A stretch of DNA of 64,000 nt from Gammaproteobacteria bacterium (GCA_033852075.1 JAWSVC010000006.1:28-64027), one strand, 5' to 3'; shown: positions 1 to 8,969, counted from the stretch's first letter. Made by a program: numbers and translations. The notes: generated by a model from the sequence alone, not told the origin.

Positions 1-373
1 CTTTTAGTTCTTTGATAGAATTTGCACTTTTTGCAACTAGGCCATCATTACCATTGGAAAAGTCGCCGACGATGATTGCTGTAGAATCAACCCCACCAAC
101 TGCTGGAATGGTAAGAGCATCCATGTTGGTTAGGGTTACTGCATCAAATTGGCCTGCAGTGTATAGGTTGATTGATTCAATATAGTCGTTGATTAAGGTT
201 ACTTCGATTTCAATGCCGTATTTGTCAGCCCATTTCTTTACAATGCCGTTGTCAGCTGCATAACCCCATGGTTCCCAGCCGGTGTAGTGTGACCATGCTA
301 CTTTGAACTTGTCTGCTGCAAAAGTATTAATGCTCATAAGTCCGAATAGTGCTAATACAATAAGTTTTTTCAT
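1..373 (-). CDS. NMT1/SsuA/TauA-like periplasmic substrate-binding-domain lipoprotein (N-terminal part; gene continues past window start)
   Basis: Minus-strand ATG at 371-373 preceded by AGGAGA RBS. Translation MKKLIVLALFGLMSINTFAADKFKVAWSHYTGWEPWGYAADNG... has a signal peptide and type-2 SBP-like N-terminus similar to the SBP domains of the 2479..4044 and 4911..6623 genes. Last gene of the minus-strand operon. Confidence 0.55.
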   Translation of the reverse strand, partial: MKKLIVLALFGLMSINTFAADKFKVAWSHYTGWEPWGYAADNGIVKKWADKYGIEIEVTLINDYIESINLYTAGQFDAVTLTNMDALTIPAVGGVDSTAIIVGDFSNGNDGLVAKSANSIKELK

Positions 374-406
374 TTTTATCTCCTAAGATCCATTTACCTA
401 AAAATA

Positions 407-1612
407 CTAACTAATTTCTAAAGCGTCGAAATCGCTACGAACAACCTTGGCTTCTTCCATTTTTTGGATAGCTTCTTCAGTTTTGGCTGAAAGGTCATCA
501 AGTTCAAGAATGTTCTGAGCCATCTGTGGTAGGGCGCTGCGGCGATATACGGATATATCTTCAAGCGCTGCATTGATGTCTAAGAATGATTTTTTCAGGG
601 CTGCCATGTCTAGTGAAGTGCTTGCAGCCTGTTTGTGGATGTCTGCACCTTGTTGTCTAAGTCTGGCTGCATTGCCAGCGATAAGGTCATCAGTAGTTTT
701 ATTAACCGCTTGGATTTTTTCCAAAACGATTTTTTGATTCGCTAGTGCTAGAGCAAGGGTGACGCCGACTTGTAGGGCGTTAATGGTTACATTGGTTGCT
801 CGATTTACGCCGCGAATAAGTTCTTTATTGTTACGAATGATTACTTCAATAGTCAGAACCCCCTGCTGGTTAACTGCAAGTTGTTGTTGGAGATCCTGAA
901 TGCGTTGACGTAACGGGAATAGAAGTTCTTCTTGTATAAATGCATAGCGAGGATCGTCGCTAGGTAATTCTGTTTCCAGTTTTTCAGTAAGTTGCTTATC
1001 AATTAACTGTCCAAGTTTAATGGCCTTGTTCAGTTTAAATGTTAGATCCCGCATTGTGGCTTGATCTGATTGCAAGGTAATATTGTCGCGTTTTAATTGT
1101 TCTGCGCCATCTTCCAGTGAGTTTACAATTGCTTCAATGACGGTTGATGCACTTTCGTATTTAGTGAAATATCTTTTGATTGGCTTGCCAATAAATGGAA
1201 GAAAGCCAAGCGTCCTTGAAAACCAGCCAGCTTCAAAATTAAAATCGGCTGGATCAAGATCTTCAACCTGCATTTTTAGATCAACCAGAGAATTAGCAAC
1301 CGGGCCACCATCATCTCCTCGTGAAGATAATTTTTTGATTGGTTCTTTTAGCATTGCGCTTTTCTTTGCGGCTTCAAGCTGAAGTTTATGGCTCATATTT
1401 TCCATTGCGCTGCGAGCTTGTAATTTACCTTCAGCATCATCTGGATTTATTAGCAGTAGCTTGTTGGTGATATCACTTGCTTGTTTGGCTAGTTCTTGAT
1501 CTTCCACGCTGACTTGTGGTTCCGCTGCAATCAGTTCATCTTTAATAACATCGATTTCTATCGGTTGCATTACTGACTTTGGCTTTTCCATCTGTTCCAT
1601 GGTTGTACTCAT
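407..1612 (-). CDS. TelA-like toxic anion resistance family protein (401 aa)
   Basis: Size and alpha-helical coiled-coil-rich composition typical of the TelA/YaaN family. Start has RBS TGGAGA. Sits directly downstream of an XpaC-like gene, as in the Bacillus xpaC-yaaN pair. Called from composition and context, not a motif search. Confidence 0.55.
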   Translation of the reverse strand: MSTTMEQMEKPKSVMQPIEIDVIKDELIAAEPQVSVEDQELAKQASDITNKLLLINPDDAEGKLQARSAMENMSHKLQLEAAKKSAMLKEPIKKLSSRGDDGGPVANSLVDLKMQVEDLDPADFNFEAGWFSRTLGFLPFIGKPIKRYFTKYESASTVIEAIVNSLEDGAEQLKRDNITLQSDQATMRDLTFKLNKAIKLGQLIDKQLTEKLETELPSDDPRYAFIQEELLFPLRQRIQDLQQQLAVNQQGVLTIEVIIRNNKELIRGVNRATNVTINALQVGVTLALALANQKIVLEKIQAVNKTTDDLIAGNAARLRQQGADIHKQAASTSLDMAALKKSFLDINAALEDISVYRRSALPQMAQNILELDDLSAKTEEAIQKMEEAKVVRSDFDALEIS

Positions 1613-1645
1613 ACTAAGTTCTCCATTTTTTGCCCCATTGGGTTA

Positions 1646-2467
1646 TCATTTGTTAATTGAGTAATCATTTGCTCTGGATGCAAGTTGACTTAATTCTTGC
1701 ATGGCCGTTTCCAAATCCAGTGTGGACATCCCTTTGCGAGTGGTAATTCCTGAAAGGGCAGCAGTAGTCTCATCTATCACTGTCATTGCTGATTCATTTT
1801 TAGCAAACAGGTGTTTAATCGTCTTTTGTTGTTCGTTAAAAATTCCTTGGCGTTTGCTGTAAGACTCCATTTCCAGACGCTGGTGTTCATCAATTTCTTT
1901 TTGCCGATCCAGTTCAAGCATTCTGGAATTTATCAGATCAATGTCGATAGCTTGAATGCTATTAATTCTAGTAGTAACCTCCGAAAGGTTATCTATGACA
2001 GAAAGGAAGACTTGTTCAGCTATTCCGAGATAGCGATTAAAAGAGATCTCTCCTGGATTGAGTTTTTCCGACAGAATTTTTTCTAAAAGCTCAAATTTTT
2101 CCTGCAGACGCTCAAGTTGGTCTAACCCTTGTTGGCTATTAACCTGTTCTAATTTGCTCTTAAGATCATTAAGGCTTTTTTCTCTGCTTTGGGATAGTTG
2201 TTGTTGCAGGCTTTGTACATAGTCGTTAGTTATCTGTTCTTTGCGTACCGTAAAGTTGGTTATAAGGGCGCCAATACTAATTACCCCTCCAGCTGCCGCT
2301 GCAGCAATTGGGATCACTGTGGGGCCAAGTAATAGGGCTGCTGCACCACCAAGTATTCCAATTGCTCCGGGATACAGAACTAGTGGATGCTGGATGCTAT
2401 TTTTCATAATGGCGCTGGAAATGGCCTTTTTTGAAAAATCTATTCTTGCTGGTGTATTGCTACTCAT
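1646..2467 (-). CDS. XpaC-like membrane protein (N-terminal Gly/Ala-rich transmembrane hairpin plus C-terminal coiled coil)
   Basis: 273 aa. Hydrophobic segment GAIGILGGAAALLLGPTVIPIAAAAAGGVISIGALI followed by a long coiled-coil region. Adjacent to the TelA-like gene (known xpaC-telA association). Confidence 0.35.
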   Translation of the reverse strand: MSSNTPARIDFSKKAISSAIMKNSIQHPLVLYPGAIGILGGAAALLLGPTVIPIAAAAAGGVISIGALITNFTVRKEQITNDYVQSLQQQLSQSREKSLNDLKSKLEQVNSQQGLDQLERLQEKFELLEKILSEKLNPGEISFNRYLGIAEQVFLSVIDNLSEVTTRINSIQAIDIDLINSRMLELDRQKEIDEHQRLEMESYSKRQGIFNEQQKTIKHLFAKNESAMTVIDETTAALSGITTRKGMSTLDLETAMQELSQLASRANDYSINK

Positions 2468-2478
2468 TAGTTCCCTTT

Positions 2479-4044
2479 TTACAAATCCTCAGCTACCAGA
2501 TTTAACTCAACTCTGGGTAGTCTGTAGTTGTAGGCTCTATTTGATTCCCCTGGTTTTTTGGCAAGCGGTTTGCTAGAACCATAGCCAACAGCTCTAATTC
2601 TGTCGATATCAATGTTATAGGTGATTTCTATGTAGCGTGCAACAGATTCCGCTCGATCTTGCGATAGCAGCTGGTTGGCGGTTTTGTCACCGCGCAGACC
2701 AGTATGGCCTTTGATGACAACTCTGAAATTAGGGTAATGCTTAAGTTGTTTTATTGCTTTATCTATCTCTTTTTTGCCATCTAGATTGAGGTCTGATGTG
2801 CCGCTTTGGAATGAGATAGGGCGAATTCGTAATGTGCCGATTTCTCGTAGTTTATCCCATTGCGCTGGACTAAGTGGGGTAAAGTCCCTTTCTAGGGATG
2901 ATTTGCCGCTACTGCTCTCTTTGCTGCCAAATCCTGCACTCATGTTTTTTTCGAATAATTTGCCTATAAACGAACTGTTGGTGATGCGATATGGATTACC
3001 GTCCGGGATTGGGTTTTTGGAAAAATCACCATTATCTATAAGGATTTCTATGCTTGATTCAATAGTATCAATCAGATCTTCTCTGGTATCAGTAGCATAA
3101 TTGCTAGAGATGCCGAACCATTGTGCTGCATTGTCAGTTAGACTGGCCCATGAAATCCCTTGCATAAGTTTTTCAGCTTTGGATTTAGAAAGGTCTGATT
3201 GTGAGGCGATCTCTTTTATAAGAGACTTTTTGTTTTGGCGATAGTATTTTTGTGTTTTGAAATAATTATCTAATAGGGTGTTAACAGCCTCTGGGTTGTT
3301 ATTAGAATATTCGCGGTTTACCAGTAAAATATCCACTATAAGTTTATTGGTGTCCTCTGTTCCTAGTAGTTTTATTATCCCTTTCTTTTCCAAGGCTTTT
3401 GATACGTCCGGTTCCCAGATGACTGCGGCATTAACCTGTTTGTCCAGTAAAGCCTTTAAAGCTTCTTCTGAACCGTCGCGTTGGTCGCGCCAGTTATTAT
3501 GTTGTCCCATTAAGGTGGGTACATCAAAGTGATAGCCAACGGCCTTAATTAAATGCTCACTTGGTGAACTAGGAGTATAAGCAATTTTAAGGTCCTGTTT
3601 GGTTTTGAGGTCATCAATAGTTTTGATCTGGTCTTCCCAGGCAACAATTGCATCACCACCTTTTGATTCATCAATAATGGTGATTATTGTGCCAGGAAAA
3701 CTATATTCTGCGGCACTAAGGATATAGGAATCGACTGTCGCAACTGCAAATTGAATCTTTCCTTTTTTAAGGTCTTTCATCCTGGAACTGTAGTCGGCAT
3801 TGTCGTTTTCGCAGTTTAGGATATAACCGCTACGTCTCATGCGTCCTTTCATTTCTGAGGAGCAAAGAGGGATGTAGCCTGCCCAGTTATCTATGCCAAT
3901 AGTGATTGTGCCCTTGGTATCTTTTGCGTCAGAAGTATCTATCTGTTTGCTTTCGTGAAGCAGCGGAAGTATAAATTTGGCTCCAATCAGTGCGGCAACG
4001 CCGAAAAACACCAGAATCAGGAATGCCTTAAAATGGTTGTTCAT
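2479..4044 (-). CDS. membrane-anchored NMT1/SsuA-like substrate-binding domain fused to C-terminal OmpA/MotB-like peptidoglycan-binding domain
   Basis: Start chosen at MNNHF (ATG 4042-4044, RBS AAAGGGA) rather than the upstream M at 4074. N-terminal TM helix, then SBP-like region (TIGIDNWAGYIPL ... IAYTPSSPSEHL ...), then OmpA-like C-terminus (VVIKGHTGLRGDKTANQLLSQDRAESVARYI...RIRAVGYGSSKPL). Confidence 0.7.
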   Translation of the reverse strand: MNNHFKAFLILVFFGVAALIGAKFILPLLHESKQIDTSDAKDTKGTITIGIDNWAGYIPLCSSEMKGRMRRSGYILNCENDNADYSSRMKDLKKGKIQFAVATVDSYILSAAEYSFPGTIITIIDESKGGDAIVAWEDQIKTIDDLKTKQDLKIAYTPSSPSEHLIKAVGYHFDVPTLMGQHNNWRDQRDGSEEALKALLDKQVNAAVIWEPDVSKALEKKGIIKLLGTEDTNKLIVDILLVNREYSNNNPEAVNTLLDNYFKTQKYYRQNKKSLIKEIASQSDLSKSKAEKLMQGISWASLTDNAAQWFGISSNYATDTREDLIDTIESSIEILIDNGDFSKNPIPDGNPYRITNSSFIGKLFEKNMSAGFGSKESSSGKSSLERDFTPLSPAQWDKLREIGTLRIRPISFQSGTSDLNLDGKKEIDKAIKQLKHYPNFRVVIKGHTGLRGDKTANQLLSQDRAESVARYIEITYNIDIDRIRAVGYGSSKPLAKKPGESNRAYNYRLPRVELNLVAEDL

Positions 4045-4094
4045 ATCAATAATTTCCCTTTGAATTCCTACCAAAAACCAAGTTTAGACCCTTT

Positions 4095-4892
4095 TTATTG
4101 GAAGTCTGTGACAGTGAATTCTTCGGATTCAGCCAAAATGTCGTCAAGTCCTTGGCGTAGACTTTCAAGATTGCTTGCAGCCTTATAATAGGTTCTACCT
4201 GGCTGATTTAGCGAATGGTTTTCATCTAAGCAGAAGCCAATTGTATGTACAAGTATAGGGGTGTCATTGATAATATTATTAACCAAATTAGACGGATCCT
4301 CTCCTTCGCTTGCGGCGCCGTCGGTTACAATAATAATATTGTATTCACCGTAACCAAGTTGTTTTCTTCCTTGTTCGGTTATCTTGTTTAAAGCGATATT
4401 TATAGAGCTGTTTAGAGGAGTTCCTCCACCATAACTTACCATTCTTACAGCATCACTAAACATAGCTGTATTTTTTTGTTGTAACGCCATGCGTTCAGAA
4501 GTGCCGTTGCGGTCAAAGGCGACTACACCAATATTGGCTTCTTCCGGGATGTTGCGAGCAAACTCTATTAGAGCAAGTTTGGCAGCCTCCATTTTGGTAT
4601 AGTGCCCAGAACAATCAATATTGTGCATGCTTCCGGAACCATCAATCACAAAGTAATAGTTCTTTGCTAATAGGTTGTCGGCAACACCGTTGCTACTATC
4701 ATCTTCTTTTAGCATTGGCCAATTGTTAATCGTTTTTGCCGGTTTATTTGTAGATTTGCCGGTTGAACTTTGTGCCTGAATTGGAATATTTGGTGTTGAG
4801 GCCGGTTTTCCCGATTTCTGACTGAAGTAAACAAATGCAATCACTACTATGATAATAATCAGGTTTAATTTGAATTTAAGCTTTCTCATCAT
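4095..4892 (-). CDS. von Willebrand factor A domain protein, membrane-anchored (TerY/YegL-like)
   Basis: N-terminal TM segment (LNLIIIIVVIAFVYF). vWA MIDAS motif in YFVIDGSGSM and NIIIVTDG. RBS AGAGGA before ATG. Confidence 0.8.
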   Translation of the reverse strand: MMRKLKFKLNLIIIIVVIAFVYFSQKSGKPASTPNIPIQAQSSTGKSTNKPAKTINNWPMLKEDDSSNGVADNLLAKNYYFVIDGSGSMHNIDCSGHYTKMEAAKLALIEFARNIPEEANIGVVAFDRNGTSERMALQQKNTAMFSDAVRMVSYGGGTPLNSSINIALNKITEQGRKQLGYGEYNIIIVTDGAASEGEDPSNLVNNIINDTPILVHTIGFCLDENHSLNQPGRTYYKAASNLESLRQGLDDILAESEEFTVTDFQ

Positions 4893-4910
4893 TGATCCTC
4901 TTTGCTTTGT

Positions 4911-6623
4911 TTAAAGAGGCTTGAATACAGATGATTCTGCTTCAACCTGAATGATACGGAACTGAACGCGCATATTGCTTAGCCATTCTTGTTCAGTTTT
5001 AGGTGCGCATGGGATGCTACCGCAAATCCCTGTGCTTGGTTGGTTAATTCCATGGCCAATAGTGGCAAATTGCGATTCATCAAGTGCTACGCCGCTATTT
5101 TCTGCAAACTTTATAATTTCTTCTCGTACTTTGACTGCTCGGGAAAGGCTGAGGTTTTTTGCAGATTGCTTGATACGACTAAGGACTACATCCGGTGCAT
5201 TAGCTTTGCGCTTGCGAAGATATCCCATTGGGTCACTATGTCCTTCAACCGTTATCAATGCGCCGCCATAGGTGCTGGCAAATTCAATAACTTTTTGGAA
5301 TGAATCTGCGTAAAGATCAGCCGAAAACTCATTTTGGTTTGGTTTAAAGAACACCTCAAACGAGAATAATTCATCATTACCAAGAGTTCCTTGTTGTTGT
5401 TTGCGGGAAACTACTGCTGCAACTTGGGTTTTATCAAACTTTGGTTGTTCAACCTTGGCGGTGTTCAGTAGTCCAGCTTCCAATTTTTTATAATCGAAAT
5501 CAGCGGAAACTATAGCTGCTGTTTGGCCTATAAGGCCTATAGTTTTGAATGATGCTTGAGCTTCTGAGGAAAGTTTATTGATATTACGAGGATATTTGCT
5601 GTTTTGGAAAAATTTAATATTGCCTTGATAACCAGCAAATTCAGCATCCAAATATAATCCTTCTGCATCTGCAGCGGCTTCTTTTGCATCTAGCAGGATA
5701 TCCGCAGAACTTTCAAGAAGTTTTGTCTTATCACTACCAGTACCAGACATGATTGCAGCTATTTTTTCTTGGGCTTTAAATAATGAATGAACAAAGGCAT
5801 CAACTTCACTGCGATTAGATTTATAAAAATCAGATCTAACGGCATATACGTCAGCAATAATGCGGTTTGCTGTTTTTGTGGACATTAGAATTTGTGCGCC
5901 TTTAACTGAATCTTCCGCGCCGGTGCCAACGGTGCCATTCGATGATAGGGCAAGAGCATCAGGAATGATTACAAAAGCTGCATCTATATCTGATTCGTAA
6001 AATGCAGCCATAGGTGAATTATCGGTTCCGGTAAGGTCAGGAAGCCACTTGATTTTAACGTCTTTTAGATTTAACCCTGCATCTGACAGAACTTTGGTTA
6101 AATAATCAACATGTGGTCCATATGCCTGAACTGCTATAGTTTTGCCCTTAAGGTCTTTAGTGGTTTTTATATTCTCTTTTACAACCAGAGCATCACCACC
6201 GGCAGACCAGGTTAACTGATAGATAAATACCGGTTTGGTTGCCTGGTTTTGATTAAGCAGTTCCATCGCTTGGCTGCACATGCCAACAGTACAGCGTAAG
6301 AAAGGAGATTTTCCGCTAAGGTATGATGACAGTTGATCGGTAAAGTTATCTACGCGGGATAGTTTGATTCTTAATCCTGCATCGGAAAATATACTTTTGT
6401 CGGCTGTAGTTCTGCTATTGCCGTTGGCATAGATAGTGGCTATATCTCCGCCCCAGGTGATTATTGGAACCTCTAAAGTGTTATTGTATTTTAAGGGTCC
6501 TACAGGGGTTTTTACTACCTGTTTAAGAGGTTTTATATCGATATATGCTGGTTTGGCAAATATTGATGATGTAAAAGCGAAAAGAACGAAGATAGAACTT
6601 AAGATAATAGAAATCTTTTTCAC
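4911..6623 (-). CDS. secreted NMT1/SsuA-like substrate-binding domain fused to C-terminal OmpA-like domain (570 aa); first gene of operon
   Basis: GTG start at 6621-6623 with GGGAG RBS. Signal peptide MKKISIILSSIFVLFAFTSSIFA. SBP-like region. C-terminal OmpA-like segment ITVEGHSDPMG...NLSLSRAVKVREEI...IGHGINQP. Confidence 0.7.
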   Translation of the reverse strand: MKKISIILSSIFVLFAFTSSIFAKPAYIDIKPLKQVVKTPVGPLKYNNTLEVPIITWGGDIATIYANGNSRTTADKSIFSDAGLRIKLSRVDNFTDQLSSYLSGKSPFLRCTVGMCSQAMELLNQNQATKPVFIYQLTWSAGGDALVVKENIKTTKDLKGKTIAVQAYGPHVDYLTKVLSDAGLNLKDVKIKWLPDLTGTDNSPMAAFYESDIDAAFVIIPDALALSSNGTVGTGAEDSVKGAQILMSTKTANRIIADVYAVRSDFYKSNRSEVDAFVHSLFKAQEKIAAIMSGTGSDKTKLLESSADILLDAKEAAADAEGLYLDAEFAGYQGNIKFFQNSKYPRNINKLSSEAQASFKTIGLIGQTAAIVSADFDYKKLEAGLLNTAKVEQPKFDKTQVAAVVSRKQQQGTLGNDELFSFEVFFKPNQNEFSADLYADSFQKVIEFASTYGGALITVEGHSDPMGYLRKRKANAPDVVLSRIKQSAKNLSLSRAVKVREEIIKFAENSGVALDESQFATIGHGINQPSTGICGSIPCAPKTEQEWLSNMRVQFRIIQVEAESSVFKPL

Positions 6624-6907
6624 GTAGCTGCTCCCTTAATCCATTGGTTGTAGCAATATAATTCCAGCTGTCTAAACTAAATTTATAGGCCCTGTTTTTT
6701 TGACCTGAATCGGCTTGCTGAATCATACCTAATCAACCCATTATGATTCATAGCAAAGACAGATCCAGATTATCACACGAAATGGTATATTAAGCCAGCC
6801 CTTACCATATAGTGAAAAACCTTGAAAACTTAATGAGGTGGATTGATTTCTGCCTGTCAGAAGGGTAATCTTCCACCCGTTGAGATATGTATAGAAGGCG
6901 AAAGAAA

Positions 6908-7660
6908 ATGCGTAAACCGATAGTAGCTGGAAACTGGAAAATGAATGGTAACCAGGAGAGTATAGTTTCATTGCTGGATGGAGTTATTTCTGGTGTTGAT
7001 GGGAATATTAAAGCTCAAGTTATAGTTTGTAGTCCTTTTATTTACCTGCCAATGGTGGCTGGTAAGGTTGCAGATACTAATGTTGAGTTTGGATCGCAGA
7101 ATATTTCACAATTTGAGTCGGGTGCGTATACCGGTGAGATATCAGCGAAGATGCTAAAAGATTTTGATTGTAAATATGCCATTATCGGGCATTCCGAGCG
7201 TAGACATATCTTTGGTGAGACAGATCAGGATGTGGCGGATAAATATAAAAAGGCTCAGGAGCATGGAATTACTCCAATTCTTTGTGTTGGTGAGTTATTA
7301 GAAGAGCGCGAAGCAGATAAAACTGCCGAGGTCGTTATTAGGCAGATAGATGCGATTCTATCAACCAGCGGTGTCGAATCTTTACAAAATGCGATTGTTG
7401 CCTATGAGCCGGTTTGGGCTATTGGAACAGGTAAAACAGCTACTCCGGAGCAAGCTCAGGAAGTTCATAAATTAATTCGCGAGACTATTGCTAAACAAAG
7501 TGATACAATCGCGGGCTCGCTGCGAATCCTATATGGAGGCAGCGTAAAATCATCCAACGCAGTAGAATTGTTTGCGATGGAGGATATAGACGGTGGGTTA
7601 ATTGGTGGTGCGTCGTTGGAAGCAGAAGATTTTCTGGCGATATGTGCAGCCGCTAATTAG
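6908..7660 (+). CDS. tpiA: triosephosphate isomerase
   Basis: MRKPIVAGNWKMNG N-terminus, IGHSERR catalytic region, AYEPVWAIGTG motif. Start moved to the internal ATG at 6908. Confidence 0.95.
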   Translation: MRKPIVAGNWKMNGNQESIVSLLDGVISGVDGNIKAQVIVCSPFIYLPMVAGKVADTNVEFGSQNISQFESGAYTGEISAKMLKDFDCKYAIIGHSERRHIFGETDQDVADKYKKAQEHGITPILCVGELLEEREADKTAEVVIRQIDAILSTSGVESLQNAIVAYEPVWAIGTGKTATPEQAQEVHKLIRETIAKQSDTIAGSLRILYGGSVKSSNAVELFAMEDIDGGLIGGASLEAEDFLAICAAAN

Positions 7661-7696
7661 ATTGTAGAATCCAAACACAGTATTAAGAAGAAATAG

Positions 7697-8296
7697 ATGG
7701 AAACGATATTACTTATTATTCACGTTCTAGTGGCCATGGCGCTTATTGGTTTGGTACTTATGCAGCAAGGGAAAGGTGCTGACATGGGTGCGGGTTTTGG
7801 TAGCGGTGCTTCCGGAACAGTATTTGGAGCAAGTGGTTCCGGGTCATTCATGAGCAGATTAACCGGAGGTGTTGCTGCTGCATTCTTTATAATGACTATC
7901 GTGCTTGCGATTGTTTCAAGCCAAACGGCTGAAAATAAAGATGTGATTAGTGATGCATTAGATGAGCCGGCAGTTGTAGAAACTGTTAAAGCAGATGCGG
8001 ATGAGGCTCCTGCGGCTCCAGCTGAAGAAACAGCAACGATTAAAGAAGGTGAAGCTGCAGCTAATCTTGAAGACATTAAGCCAGAAGCTGAGCAATTTGA
8101 AGAGAAGGTTGAGGCTGCAACAGAAGAAGCTGCAACAGAAGAAGCTGCAACAGAAGAAGCTGCAACAGAAGAGGTAGCGGCAGAAGTTAAAGAAGCAGCT
8201 ACTGAAGCAGCAGAAAAGGTTGAAGAAAAAGTTGAGCAGGCTGAAGAAACTGTAACAGAAACAGTTGAAACCGCTAAGGAAGAGTCGGCTCAATAA
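7697..8296 (+). CDS. secG: preprotein translocase subunit SecG with ~100-aa acidic E/A/T-rich C-terminal extension
   Basis: N-terminus METILLIIHVLVAMALIGLVLMQQGKGADMGAGFG matches the SecG signature LQQGKGADMG. The tail contains 4 tandem copies of ATEEA (gcaacagaagaagct x4 at ~8125-8180). Conserved secG-tRNA-Leu synteny. Confidence 0.85.
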   Translation: METILLIIHVLVAMALIGLVLMQQGKGADMGAGFGSGASGTVFGASGSGSFMSRLTGGVAAAFFIMTIVLAIVSSQTAENKDVISDALDEPAVVETVKADADEAPAAPAEETATIKEGEAAANLEDIKPEAEQFEEKVEAATEEAATEEAATEEAATEEVAAEVKEAATEAAEKVEEKVEQAEETVTETVETAKEESAQ

Positions 8297-8310
8297 TTAA
8301 ACCAAAGATT

Positions 8311-8395
8311 GCCGAAGTGGTGGAATTGGTAGACACGCTATCTTGAGGGGGTAGTGGCGCAAGCCGTGCCGGTTCGAGTCCGGCCTTCGGCACCA
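8311..8395 (+). tRNA. leuU: tRNA-Leu (anticodon GAG), leuU-type, with encoded CCA
   Basis: gccgaagtggtggaattggtagacacgctatcttgagggggtagtggcgcaagccgtgccggttcgagtccggccttcggcacca. Near-identical architecture to E. coli leuU. Anticodon loop cuUGAGg. Long variable arm. Confidence 0.93.
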
Positions 8396-8410
8396 AGAAG
8401 GTGTTGCAAA

Positions 8411-8445
8411 GGGTTTCAGGATGTCCTGAAACCCTTTTGTTTTTG
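8411..8445 (+). terminator. Rho-independent terminator after tRNA-Leu
   Basis: Perfect hairpin gggtttcagga/tgtcctgaaaccc followed by ttttgtttttg. Confidence 0.75.
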
Positions 8446-8548
8446 CGGTGTTACGAAGTTTTGTTGTTTTATGGTGTTTCAGGTGAGTTCACTGTATAGC
8501 ACCACAAATGGTGCTATCTCAGTTCGTTTTAAGTGAGGTAGCGCCAAA

Positions 8549-8843
8549 ATGGCTCTAACCGATTTAAAGATAAAGCGTACAGCTCCTCAGTTGAAAGATT
8601 TGTGGCTCACCGATGAAAAGGGGCTGCGCCTTCTCATAAAACCAAACGGTTCCCGTTATTGGCGATTGCGTTATCGTTTTAACGGTAAGCAAAAAACTTT
8701 AGCGATTGGCGTCTATCCCGATGTGTCTCTGATATCCCGATGTGTCTCTGAAACAAGCCAGAGAAGCAAGAGAGGAAGCCCGAAAGTTAATTTCCCAAGG
8801 AACCGATCCCAGTGAAGTTAAAAAGAGGTTTAAAATCGATTAG
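8549..8843 (+). pseudogene. P4-type phage integrase remnant (N-terminal arm-binding region only), frameshifted
   Basis: MALTDLKIKRTAPQLKDLWLTDEKGLRLLIKPNGSRYWRLRYRFNGKQKTLAIGVYPDVSL is the typical DUF4102 N-terminus of tRNA-associated integrases. A 19-bp tandem duplication (8714-8732 = 8733-8751, tatcccgatgtgtctctga) shifts the frame. The restored frame reads SLKQAREAREEARKLISQGTDPSEVKKRFKID then stops. No catalytic domain follows. Confidence 0.8.
8714..8751 (+). repeat. 19-bp perfect tandem duplication inside the integrase remnant
   Basis: tatcccgatgtgtctctga occurs twice in tandem. Confidence 0.9.
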
Positions 8844-8969
8844 TGATTTAAAAGAACAGCTGTCGACAATCAAGGTTAATGATAAATCTGAAGCTTACCG
8901 TGAATATAAGGACTTGAATGATTGGTTGGTAGCAAATACGAGAATATAACGATTGCAGGGGAGTATTGG

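Noticed and set aside
1083-1382. Plus-strand 99-aa ORF antisense within the TelA-like gene
   Set aside because: It lies fully inside a well-supported minus-strand gene, with no RBS. The same applies to the other listed sub-110-aa antisense ORFs inside iscS, nuoD, nuoF, nuoG, nuoH, the kinase and similar genes.
7720-8293. Minus-strand ORFs of 118 and 111 aa within secG
   Set aside because: Shadow ORFs of the E/A-rich repeat tail. secG on the plus strand is supported by conserved N-terminal sequence and synteny.
8549-8815. Intact small ORF annotated as an 88-aa protein
   Set aside because: It is the N-terminus of a tyrosine integrase followed by a frameshift caused by a 19-bp duplication. No catalytic domain is present, so it is a pseudogene, not a functional CDS.
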